Program-made: the position numbers and the translations under genes
Source: a virus
Lineage: Duplodnaviria > Caudoviricetes
IMG/VR virus record: IMGVR_UViG_3300046642_000603
Location: 11,904-75,903 of that record
Length of the DNA: 64,000 bases
Strand: one strand, 5' to 3'
Notes under the pieces: model-generated
What the model saw: the letters and a program-made list of their open reading frames with translations, nothing else
Databases searched by the model: none
Told to the model about the DNA's origin: nothing
In this document: piece after piece, positions 56,416-64,000 of the stretch
Position numbering within the stretch: the first letter of the stretch is position 1
How the letters are laid out: each line of letters starts with the position of its first letter

Positions 56416-56697
56416 TCATTCTCCGATGCCGGTCACGACGAACGTGAGCAGTGCCACAACCGCAGATACCCCCAGCAGGGACGGGTAGCGGGTGGACAGT
56501 AGCCCGAGGAGAGCCGTTATACCCCACGCCGCGTTCTTCAGCGTCCAGACAGTGACCTCGTCCGGCTCCTCCTCGGCGGCCGGTGGGGGAGCGTCGGAGC
56601 CCTGGTGGGCGTCCAGGTGCCGCTGCTTGTCGACAGCCATGTCCACCTCCGTCTCGGACACACCCCAGCCGTTGCAGTCATCGCAGTACCAGAACAT
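56416..56697 (-). CDS. small membrane protein with N-terminal Zn finger
   Basis: CDDC...H...H; two C-terminal TM segments. Confidence 0.55.
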   Translation of the reverse strand: MFWYCDDCNGWGVSETEVDMAVDKQRHLDAHQGSDAPPPAAEEEPDEVTVWTLKNAAWGITALLGLLSTRYPSLLGVSAVVALLTFVVTGIGE

Positions 56698-56811
56698 GGC
56701 TGCCCCTACTCTTTACGTCTTTTGGATGCTTAATGGTAGGCGCGTAGCTGCTCTGACCTGCTAACTTGCCCTCACTCCAGGGGTGAGACCGGTTCACTTC
56801 AGGAGTGAGTG

Positions 56812-56841
56812 TTGACATGGAAGACGTAATCCGTATAGCGT
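56812..56841 (+). promoter_or_regulatory. promoter with an operator half-site in the spacer
   Basis: TTGACA-tggAAGACGTAATccgta-TAGCGT. Confidence 0.75.
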
Positions 56842-56898
56842 AATCGTTGTCGGGCCGGGAGGTCCGGCACCACCAACCCCCCTGCGAGAGGAACCACC

Positions 56899-58140
56899 TT
56901 GAGCGCCCTTACCGAGTCCACTGACGTCGAGTGGGTCCGCGAGATCCTGATGGACCCCACCGTCGGCCACGAGGCCGCCGCTGCGGACCTCGTCTTCAAC
57001 GGCATCGAGACGTCCGAGACGGCCGTCCGGCGCTGGCGCAAGGCCAACGGCTACAAGCGCGCCATCCTCGTCGAGCCGGGCAAGGAACCGAAGCGTCTTA
57101 ATACCCTGCCCGAGGAGGGCACGGCCGAGGCAGTGGCCGAGAACGAGGAGGTGCTGCGGGACCGCATCGAGTCCCTGACCTCCGACAACCGCCGACTCTT
57201 CCAGCAGTTCACCAAGGCCAAGGCGCGCGGCGACGAGTACATCGAGGCCGTCTACAAGGCCGCCCGCGACGCCGCCCAGTTCGTCGGGGCGAGCCCGGTG
57301 ACCCCGCCGAAGGCCGACAAGCGCACCAAGCCGTCCGAGGTAGCCCTGTGGCACCTCACCGACTGGCAGGGCGGCAAGAAGACGATCACCTACGACCGCA
57401 CCATCATGCGGACCCGGGTGATGCGCTACGTCGAGAAGGCCACCGAGATCACCGAGATCCAGCGCGCAGACCACCCCGTCCGCAAGGCGGTCCTCCTCTT
57501 CACCGGAGACATGGTCGAAGGCGTGAGCATCTTCCCCGGCCAGGTCTGGGAGTTGGACGGCACGCTCTACGAGCAGATGTTCGACGTCTCCGACCTGATG
57601 ATGTGGACGATCAAGAAGGCCCTCCAGGTCTACGAGGAGGTCGAGGTCGTCGCCGAGTACGGCAACCACGGCCGCCTCGGCAAGAAGTCCGACGGCATCA
57701 AGGCGTCCGACAACGTCGACCGCATGGTCTACAACATCGTCCGCGAGCGTCTGGCCCACGAGGGACGGCTGACGAAGTTCCAGACCTCCGGGGACTGGTA
57801 CCAGAACTTCTCCATCGGCAACTACAAGGCCATGGCCATCCACGGCGACGAGATCAAGTCCTTCGGCGGCAACATCCCCGCCTACGGCATCCTCCGCAAG
57901 GCCAACCAGTGGGCGAGCGGGGTCCTGCCGACCTTCCGCGACCTGTACATCGGCCACTACCACCAGTCCATGCAGTTGCAGTTGGCCAACGGCGGCTCCG
58001 TCTACATGACCGGAAGCCCCGAATCGGACAACGTGTACGCCCACGAGTTCGTGGCCGCGACCGGTGACCCGAGCCAGCGCCTGCATTTCGTCCACCCCGA
58101 GAAGGGACGCGTCACCAGTGAGCACCGCATCTGGCTGTAA
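56899..58140 (+). CDS. calcineurin-like metallophosphoesterase
   Basis: LTDWQ; GDMVEG; GNHG; HGD; GHYH. Confidence 0.88.
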   Translation: MSALTESTDVEWVREILMDPTVGHEAAAADLVFNGIETSETAVRRWRKANGYKRAILVEPGKEPKRLNTLPEEGTAEAVAENEEVLRDRIESLTSDNRRLFQQFTKAKARGDEYIEAVYKAARDAAQFVGASPVTPPKADKRTKPSEVALWHLTDWQGGKKTITYDRTIMRTRVMRYVEKATEITEIQRADHPVRKAVLLFTGDMVEGVSIFPGQVWELDGTLYEQMFDVSDLMMWTIKKALQVYEEVEVVAEYGNHGRLGKKSDGIKASDNVDRMVYNIVRERLAHEGRLTKFQTSGDWYQNFSIGNYKAMAIHGDEIKSFGGNIPAYGILRKANQWASGVLPTFRDLYIGHYHQSMQLQLANGGSVYMTGSPESDNVYAHEFVAATGDPSQRLHFVHPEKGRVTSEHRIWL

Positions 58141-58168
58141 GCCGACCACCACGACCCTGGAGTACCCG

Positions 58169-58444
58169 TTGAGCATCGTCACCGAGATCACCTCCGACCA
58201 CGAGGCCGCGTACCACTACATCGTCGGCGACGACGAGGAGACGTACGTGTCCATCAAGGACGTCGTCGGAACCCTGCTGGAGTTCTCCGAGAAGTTGGAG
58301 GGCATGGGCGGCATCTACGAGCAGATCGGCGACGCCTTCAGCCAGGTCGCCGTCCAGATCGCCGAACCGTTCATGCAGGTCCCCACCGAGACCGCGACCA
58401 TCCTCAGCCTGCTTAATACCTCCCCCTCCGGGGGCGCTGAGTGA
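58169..58444 (+). CDS. hypothetical protein
   Basis: GGAG RBS; TTG start. Confidence 0.6.
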   Translation: MSIVTEITSDHEAAYHYIVGDDEETYVSIKDVVGTLLEFSEKLEGMGGIYEQIGDAFSQVAVQIAEPFMQVPTETATILSLLNTSPSGGAE

Positions 58445-58635
58445 AGACAGCCCGCGACAACGCGGTCTGGAAGGTGCGGGTCCTGCTGAAGGTCCCCTCG
58501 GGCTGGAAGCCCAAGACGTTCTTCTACTCCCGCCAGTTCCACGTAACGGACTGGCGGGACAAGGCCGAGCGGGCCCCGCACCTGTTCCAGATCGACTTCA
58601 TCGGCAAGTACAACCTGGAGGAAGACAGTGGCTGA
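58441..58635 (+). CDS. hypothetical protein
   Basis: coupled ORF. Confidence 0.55.
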   Translation: MKTARDNAVWKVRVLLKVPSGWKPKTFFYSRQFHVTDWRDKAERAPHLFQIDFIGKYNLEEDSG

Positions 58636-59122
58636 AGGAACCCCGCCCCCGGTCGGATCGATAGGCGTCACCGCGACCGGAGGGATCATCGGCTGGGGCA
58701 TCCGGCTGCTGACGTTCTCCCGCTACAACCACGCCTTCATCGTCGGCCCGGCCGGTCTCCTCGTCGAGGCCCAGCCGGGCGGCGCCCGCATCGGCCACAT
58801 CTCGATGTACCCGAAGGCGAAGTACAACACCCACACCGTCATCCCGGACGAGACCCGGGAGAAGATCTGGGAGACCGCCCTCGGCTTCGCCCAGGCCAAC
58901 GGAGGCAAGGGCATCGGCTACGGCTGGCTCGACGACATCGCACTCGGGCTCCGGTTCTTCGGCTTCTGGTCGGACTGGATCGCGGAGCGCATCGCACGCC
59001 AGGACCGGCTCCAGTGCGCCCAGTTGTGCGACCTCGCCTACAGCCGCAACGGCATCTACCTCTTCGACGACGGCCGCCTCCCGCTGGCGGTCGACCCGGG
59101 CGACATCGCCGACATCATCTGA
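58628..59122 (+). CDS. permuted papain-like (YiiX/YaeF) NlpC/P60-superfamily enzyme
   Basis: SRYNHAFIV...VEA..GG; G.GY; QCAQLCDLAY. Confidence 0.75.
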   Translation: MAEGTPPPVGSIGVTATGGIIGWGIRLLTFSRYNHAFIVGPAGLLVEAQPGGARIGHISMYPKAKYNTHTVIPDETREKIWETALGFAQANGGKGIGYGWLDDIALGLRFFGFWSDWIAERIARQDRLQCAQLCDLAYSRNGIYLFDDGRLPLAVDPGDIADII

Positions 59123-59155
59123 CCACCCCACCCCATCCGCGAGGAGCACCAGACA

Positions 59156-59659
59156 GTGACAGCGAAGACCTGGCTTAATACCCGCCCCCACCGGCCCATG
59201 GCGTCCCTGAGACAGTGGCACCAGGCAGTGGGGGAGAAGCGGTTCATCGAGCGCGAGGAGGCCGGACGGGACGACCTGATCGCCCTGCGGTCCACCCTCA
59301 TCGCCGAGGAGGTCCAGGAGGCCCTGGAGGCCCTTCTGAACTACCGCAAGGCCCAGATCATGGACGACCACTTCGAGGCCAACCAGGACATGCTCCTCAG
59401 CCGGAAGCACGTCGTCGAGGCGCCGCACTGGTACGAGGCCCTGGCCAAGGAACTCGCCGACGCCCTGTACGTCATCTACGGCACCGCCGACCTCCTGGAG
59501 ATCCCCCTGGAGCCCGTCTTCGCCGAGGTCCACCGCTCGAACATGAGCAAGGTCGGCCCCAACGGCCAGGTGATCCGCCGCGAGGACGGCAAGATCCTCA
59601 AGCCGGACACCTACCGCGAGGCCAACGTCCACGGCGCACTCACCGGAGAGTGGGTGTAG
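59156..59659 (+). CDS. MazG-like NTP pyrophosphohydrolase
   Basis: LIAEEVQE; KELADALYVIYG; EVHRSNMSK; REDGKILKP. Confidence 0.9.
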   Translation: MTAKTWLNTRPHRPMASLRQWHQAVGEKRFIEREEAGRDDLIALRSTLIAEEVQEALEALLNYRKAQIMDDHFEANQDMLLSRKHVVEAPHWYEALAKELADALYVIYGTADLLEIPLEPVFAEVHRSNMSKVGPNGQVIRREDGKILKPDTYREANVHGALTGEWV

Positions 59660-59713
59660 GACATACGGAAGCCCCCGACTCCCCACCTGGAGGAGCCGGG
59701 GGCTTCCGGCGTA

Positions 59714-59917
59714 TCAGAGGTCGAACTCTCCGGCCTTGACACCACTGACGAACGCCGACCACTCGGCCGGGGTGTAGAACTGCGTCCCGCCCGCGCGGTC
59801 CTTCGTGTCCCTTACGGCACGTCCACCATCAGGAGTCGCGGCAACCTCGACGCAGCTCCCCTCGCCGTTGCTGAAGCTGGACTTGTACCAGTGCAGCTCG
59901 CCGCTCATGTCGTTCAT
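59714..59917 (-). CDS. DUF397 protein
   Basis: WYKSSFS..GSCVEVA...AVRDTK...EWSAFVSGVKAGEFD. Confidence 0.93.
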   Translation of the reverse strand: MNDMSGELHWYKSSFSNGEGSCVEVAATPDGGRAVRDTKDRAGGTQFYTPAEWSAFVSGVKAGEFDL

Positions 59918-60813
59918 TTTCCGAACCTCTCTGCTGTTTCCTTCAACCAAGCGACGGAGCTATCCGGCCGCGTAGAAGCCGCCACGAGCTGTTGGAAGAT
60001 CTCCTCGTGGCGACTTACATCTGAGGTCTTGTCCAGATACACAGCGCTCGTCAACTGCTCGGAGTAGACGAGCGAGCCAGGGGTGTCCTCGAACGACAAG
60101 ATCGAGAAGGAATACCCCATGCTGGCGTGTGCCCCCGCCTCGAAGGGCAGGATCTGGACAGTGACATTCGGGTTGTTCTCCGCCACATCTGCAAGGTGGC
60201 TCAACTGCTCGCGCATCACGCCGCGCGTCGCCACCACTCGGTGAATGACGGCTTCGTTGAGCACCACCCACACCTTGGGCGGGCTGTCCCGCGTAAGGAT
60301 CTCCTTGCGCTGGAGCCGTGCACTTGCACGGCGGTCTACCTCATCCGCCGACGGTGCCTGAGACATGGAGCGGATCACCGACTGCGCGTACCGCTCCGTC
60401 TGGAGCAGACCGTGGACCAGTTCGGTCTCGTAGATGAGCATCTGAGCCGCGTCCGCTTCGAAGCCCAGGTAGGGCTTGAACCACTCCGGCAGGGCATCGC
60501 CGTAGGAGTGCCACCAGCCGTTCTGCCGACTCCGTCGGACCAGGTCGACGAACTGCCGGATCTCCTGGGAATCCTGAACTCCGTACTCGTTCAGCAGGAG
60601 TTTGGCATCCTTGTCGGAAAGCGGGGATTTGCCTCCCTCGATCCGGCTGACCTTGGACTCGGACCATCCGAGCGACTTGGCTACCTGCGCTGCCGTGAGT
60701 TTCTTTGACTCGCGCAAGTTGCGCAGCTCTTGGCCGAGCCGTCGCCTCAGCACGGTCGGACTGGCTGCCAACGGGACCTCCCAGGTTGCGGGTACTGCTG
60801 CACAGTCTGCCAC
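59914..60813 (-). CDS. XRE-family HTH regulator with DUF5753 (WhiJ/Scr1-like)
   Basis: RRRLGQELRNLRE; SKVSRIEGG; GWW; GLLQTERYA; VLNEAVI; TVQILPF. Confidence 0.92.
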   Translation of the reverse strand: MADCAAVPATWEVPLAASPTVLRRRLGQELRNLRESKKLTAAQVAKSLGWSESKVSRIEGGKSPLSDKDAKLLLNEYGVQDSQEIRQFVDLVRRSRQNGWWHSYGDALPEWFKPYLGFEADAAQMLIYETELVHGLLQTERYAQSVIRSMSQAPSADEVDRRASARLQRKEILTRDSPPKVWVVLNEAVIHRVVATRGVMREQLSHLADVAENNPNVTVQILPFEAGAHASMGYSFSILSFEDTPGSLVYSEQLTSAVYLDKTSDVSRHEEIFQQLVAASTRPDSSVAWLKETAERFGK

Positions 60814-60988
60814 CCCCTCCTAGCACACAACAGCCTTCACCCTTACGTGCACTTGCTCATCTCATGCACTTGCATGACGGGCGGATGCGGAGGATGCTAC
60901 TAGCGCAGGGTGGTGACGTCGTTACTCGCCCTTGCAACTGCTGTTCGAATTACGGCTGTTGGGCCTGGCGAAGGCGGAGGAGAAGCAG

Positions 60989-61264
60989 ATGGCGGGGACG
61001 AGAGCGAAGAAGCAGGGGCCACCGCCCACCACGTGGTCCACCAAGGAGGCGACCGACGCGGTCCAGGCGCTGAAGGACGGACTGGCGGCGGTGGGCGTCA
61101 CGTTCCCCTCCCTGGACCGCGAGTACAGCGCGATGTCCAGCCCGCTCGTCGACCTCGGCCGGTGCCGTCCCGACGTCGCCCAGGACCTGGCGGCCTGTCT
61201 GGTCGAGCTGGTCGAACTGCGGGGGAAGGTCGCGGCAGCCGAGGAGGCGAACGCGCGTGGCTGA
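60989..61264 (+). CDS. hypothetical actinobacterial protein
   Basis: L..VGVTFPSL...PLVDLGRC...A..LA; divergent from the XRE gene. Confidence 0.7.
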   Translation: MAGTRAKKQGPPPTTWSTKEATDAVQALKDGLAAVGVTFPSLDREYSAMSSPLVDLGRCRPDVAQDLAACLVELVELRGKVAAAEEANARG

Positions 61265-61484
61265 GCAGTGGTTCGAGCCTGAACTGCACGCCCTGGCGTA
61301 CGACAAGACCAAGAACCTGGTGGCCGAGGTCATGGAGATCGGTCCCGAACGCTGCGCCATGCGCAAGAAGACCGGCGGCACGGAGTGGTGGACGTCGAAG
61401 GCCGACCTGCGTCAGCCCACCGCGTCCGAGCTGCTGAGTACCGGGGTCGCGCTGGCCAACGCCCGCAGTCGGGGGGAGCTGTGA
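61257..61484 (+). CDS. hypothetical protein
   Basis: GGTEW motif; overlapping start. Confidence 0.65.
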   Translation: MAEQWFEPELHALAYDKTKNLVAEVMEIGPERCAMRKKTGGTEWWTSKADLRQPTASELLSTGVALANARSRGEL

Positions 61485-61741
61485 CGACGAAGGCCCTGTA
61501 CCGCTTCGTGGACCACTCCATCGGTCCGGAGCCCACTGCCGAGAAGGACATGGAGGAGATGGCGTGCACCTCCTGCGATGAGACCTCCGGGTGCCTGCCG
61601 TACGACCAGTGCCAGGAGTGGGCGCTCAGGCACGCGGGCCGCACCGCGCACTTCGGCTACCGGCAGACCACGACGAACTACCACCGGGTCGTGCGGCACG
61701 AGGACGGCCCGCCTGAAGCCCCTGCTCTGTTGGTCCCCTGA
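61481..61741 (+). CDS. hypothetical Zn-ribbon protein
   Basis: CTSC...WALRHAGRT.H..YR. Confidence 0.7.
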   Translation: MTTKALYRFVDHSIGPEPTAEKDMEEMACTSCDETSGCLPYDQCQEWALRHAGRTAHFGYRQTTTNYHRVVRHEDGPPEAPALLVP

Positions 61742-61939
61742 CAGGGCAGGTTCCCCGGCCGCTGTGGATCATCCCCTCGGCGGTCGGATGGAAGCCCCGG
61801 CTCACTGCTCCTCCCCCGAGGCAGTGGCCGGGGCTTCGTATTGCCCATCTGTGTCAAGTTAGTTAAAAAGACTGCTTGACAACACGTAACTACCGGAGTA
61901 AGTTCCTGCCCGTAGAATTTGCACGTCTGGGAGGGACCA

Positions 61940-63082
61940 ATGGCACAGGACAAGCACCGCAGGGCAGCAGAGACCCACCGCGCTGCCATGGCACACGTCG
62001 ACAAGCTGGTCGAGGCGTCCACGGAGCTGCGCAGCATCCCGAAGGTCGCACGCGGGATCGACTCGATGATGCGAGGCATCGCACCCCGCTGGGACATGCA
62101 GGACCGTGCCCAGTTCAGCCAGGCCACCCTGGAGCGGACCGGCGACCTGATGGGCGAGATCGCCGTCTGCGAGCTGTGGAAGCGCAACGGCCGGGTGATC
62201 TACGACCTCAACGACGACCTGGCCAACGCGCTGTACCGGTCGAAGATGGCCAAGGTCCCCGGCGACCTGTTCGACCGCCTGCCGCACATCAATCCGATGA
62301 TCGTCATCCCCGACCCCTGGCCCGCAGGAAAGGGCCGTGGCGGGCTGGCTGAGGGATACGTGCGCTGCATCTTCATCGTCGGCATCTCCGGCAGCGGACT
62401 CTGCAACAGCAACGACGCCGACCGGGACGGCCTGGCCCTCCTCTTCTGCTACGACGTGGTCGACGAGGAGACCGGAGAGATCATCCCCGGGGACTTCCGC
62501 GACCTCATCCCGCTGCCGATGGGCCGCAAGACCTTCACCGCCGACGAGGCCATCGAGTACGCCGAGGAGTGGCAGGGAGGCAGCGCCGACGGGAAGGACC
62601 GCAACGACGCCATCAAGACCTTCCGGCCCATCCTCCAGAAAGCCTTCGCCGTCCTCACCTACCTGTGCACCGACAACCGGGACGTCGAACAGCCCCCGGA
62701 GTGGGCGATGGCCCAGCGGAAGCGGAAGACCGGCAAGGGACGCAGGCCCGCACGCGACCCCTTCTGGGTCAGGGTCGGCTACTACATCGGCCCCAAGCTG
62801 CACTCGGCGCTCGGCCAGCGCGCGGCCTCCGCCGACCACTCCGGTATCTCCATCCCCTCCGGCGTCGAGTACGGGCCCCAGCACAGGGCCGGGCACTTCA
62901 AGACGGTCTGGATCGGGAAGGGCAAGACCAACGAGCGCACTCAGTCCACCACCACGTGGGTCGAGCCCTACTGGACCAAGCTGGAGGACCTTCCCGAAGG
63001 TGTGGACGCTCCCACGCAGATCGTTCCCGTGGATGCCCAGCGCGGAGACCCGCTGCGCCGTCGCGACACGATCGGCCGTTAG
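61940..63082 (+). CDS. hypothetical protein with an AcrVA2/FinQ-like C-terminal motif
   Basis: PQHRAGHFKTVWIGKG...WVEPYW; TTGACA promoter at about 61877. Confidence 0.6.
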   Translation: MAQDKHRRAAETHRAAMAHVDKLVEASTELRSIPKVARGIDSMMRGIAPRWDMQDRAQFSQATLERTGDLMGEIAVCELWKRNGRVIYDLNDDLANALYRSKMAKVPGDLFDRLPHINPMIVIPDPWPAGKGRGGLAEGYVRCIFIVGISGSGLCNSNDADRDGLALLFCYDVVDEETGEIIPGDFRDLIPLPMGRKTFTADEAIEYAEEWQGGSADGKDRNDAIKTFRPILQKAFAVLTYLCTDNRDVEQPPEWAMAQRKRKTGKGRRPARDPFWVRVGYYIGPKLHSALGQRAASADHSGISIPSGVEYGPQHRAGHFKTVWIGKGKTNERTQSTTTWVEPYWTKLEDLPEGVDAPTQIVPVDAQRGDPLRRRDTIGR

Positions 63083-63327
63083 CCTGGCCGCACGCAGCCC
63101 CGTTTGCCACACTGGCAGGCGGGGTTTTGTGCTGTCCGGGCACTCCTCACTCTCCGTACACGAACGACCTGTAGTTAGGTGGACCTTACACACGTCGATC
63201 GTCAACACTTTCGAGCCCGATGTGGCCTAGGTCACGTCAATCGGTTTGGCGAAGTAGCTTGCGGAGCCGTAATGGCGCCCCTTACAGTTACTACATCACC
63301 CAGTACTACTCGACCTAGGAGGTCCCA

Positions 63328-63615
63328 ATGCCCCCCAAGGGCAAGGCAGTTGCTGGAAGCGGAGGACGCGGAAAGCTCGGCACGAACAAGGAGACGGAGG
63401 CCCTGGCCAAGACGGCCCGGAAGCAGGGCTGGACGATCGAGGTCACCGGAGGCAACCACCTCAAGTGGACCCCACCGCCCCTCGACAAGCCCCGGAAGGA
63501 CTGGACCGATGCAGACCGAGAGAAGCAGATTCCTGAGATCTGCGGCCTTACCCCGGTCAGCGTGGCTTTCGTGAAGCTGAAGAACCGCCTCGTAAAGAAG
63601 GGACTTAATCTCTAG
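63328..63615 (+). CDS. HicA-like protein
   Basis: ARKQGWTIEVTGGNHLKWTPP; AGGAGG RBS. Confidence 0.65.
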   Translation: MPPKGKAVAGSGGRGKLGTNKETEALAKTARKQGWTIEVTGGNHLKWTPPPLDKPRKDWTDADREKQIPEICGLTPVSVAFVKLKNRLVKKGLNL

Positions 63616-63687
63616 CCCTAATAGGCCAAGAATCATCCCGGGTACCATTAAAGTCGCAAGCCCCAATAGCGACGGACGGTACCCGGG

Positions 63688-64000
63688 ATGTTTCTTTTGC
63701 TAGCTTCCGGACCAGGAGGGGGCGGACTGTCCGTCGACAACCCCTTGGTCCTAGGCCCGATCGCGGCCTTCATATTCGCCGTGTTCGTCACCGAAGTCGT
63801 CGTCTCCGGCAAGGCATACCGACGCGAGGTCGAAGAGAACAAACGACTCCGCGCCCTGACCGAGAAGGTCGTCCCCCTCGCCGAGCAGATGGTCTCCGCA
63901 GCCAAGGACCTCGTCCAGGCCACCCGGGACAGCGTAGCCACACAGGCCACCGTCACCGACGTCCTGGAAGACGTACTGGACCTGTTTCAGAGCGACGGAG
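63688..64000 (+). CDS. partial membrane/coiled-coil protein, truncated by the window end
   Basis: TM segment LGPIAAFIFAVFV followed by an open coiled-coil frame. Confidence 0.5.
   Translation, partial: MFLLLASGPGGGGLSVDNPLVLGPIAAFIFAVFVTEVVVSGKAYRREVEENKRLRALTEKVVPLAEQMVSAAKDLVQATRDSVATQATVTDVLEDVLDLFQSDG

Larger units (their letters stand above)
1052..59182 (+). repeat. dispersed strand-polar 9-mer CTTAATACC (24 exact copies)
   Basis: starts at 1052, 4376, 5125, 5915, 7901, 9370, 10884, 12060, 12504, 15310, 17244, 20207, 23102, 24173, 24773, 27792, 29833, 47356, 48559, 50972, 52431, 57097, 58412, 59174. Confidence 0.95.

Noticed and set aside
1052-59182. CTTAATACC as a simple late-promoter -10 element
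   Set aside because: Many copies lie just inside gene starts (codon 3 of recA and of ORF 48553) or mid-gene and none is clearly intergenic; disfavoured but not excluded

Overview
The window is part of a large, GC-rich actinobacteriophage genome, most likely a Streptomyces phage (it carries WhiB, Lsr2, an XRE/DUF397 pair, a DUF2637 gene and a ydaO-type riboswitch). Almost all genes are on the + strand. Layout: (1) 1-18 kb, DNA replication, recombination and nucleotide metabolism (primase, SNF2 helicase, SSB, family A DNA polymerase, class II RNR, RecA, resolvase, Cas4-like nuclease, RNA ligase, ThyX, dNMP kinase, EndoVII, SpoVS); (2) 18-30 kb, putative virion and lysis genes with an HNH insertion, a GH25 lysin and a nucleotidyltransferase / ParB / HAD / TGT-fold cluster; (3) 30-42 kb, small genes in cassettes, each with a strong TTGAC promoter and a conserved leader; (4) 42.1-43.3 kb, a largely non-coding AT-rich segment where strand G/C skew flips; (5) 43-64 kb, accessory genes, an RNA-repair cluster, 4 tRNAs, a c-di-AMP-type riboswitch upstream of a LysM-NlpC/P60 gene, and host-like regulators. 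The most striking unexplained signal is the 9-mer CTTAATACC. I counted 24 exact copies, all on the + strand, all inside ORFs and read as Leu-Asn-Thr with rare codons, and none in a 17.5 kb block around the cassette and non-coding region. All calls are from motif recognition by eye; no database searches were run.
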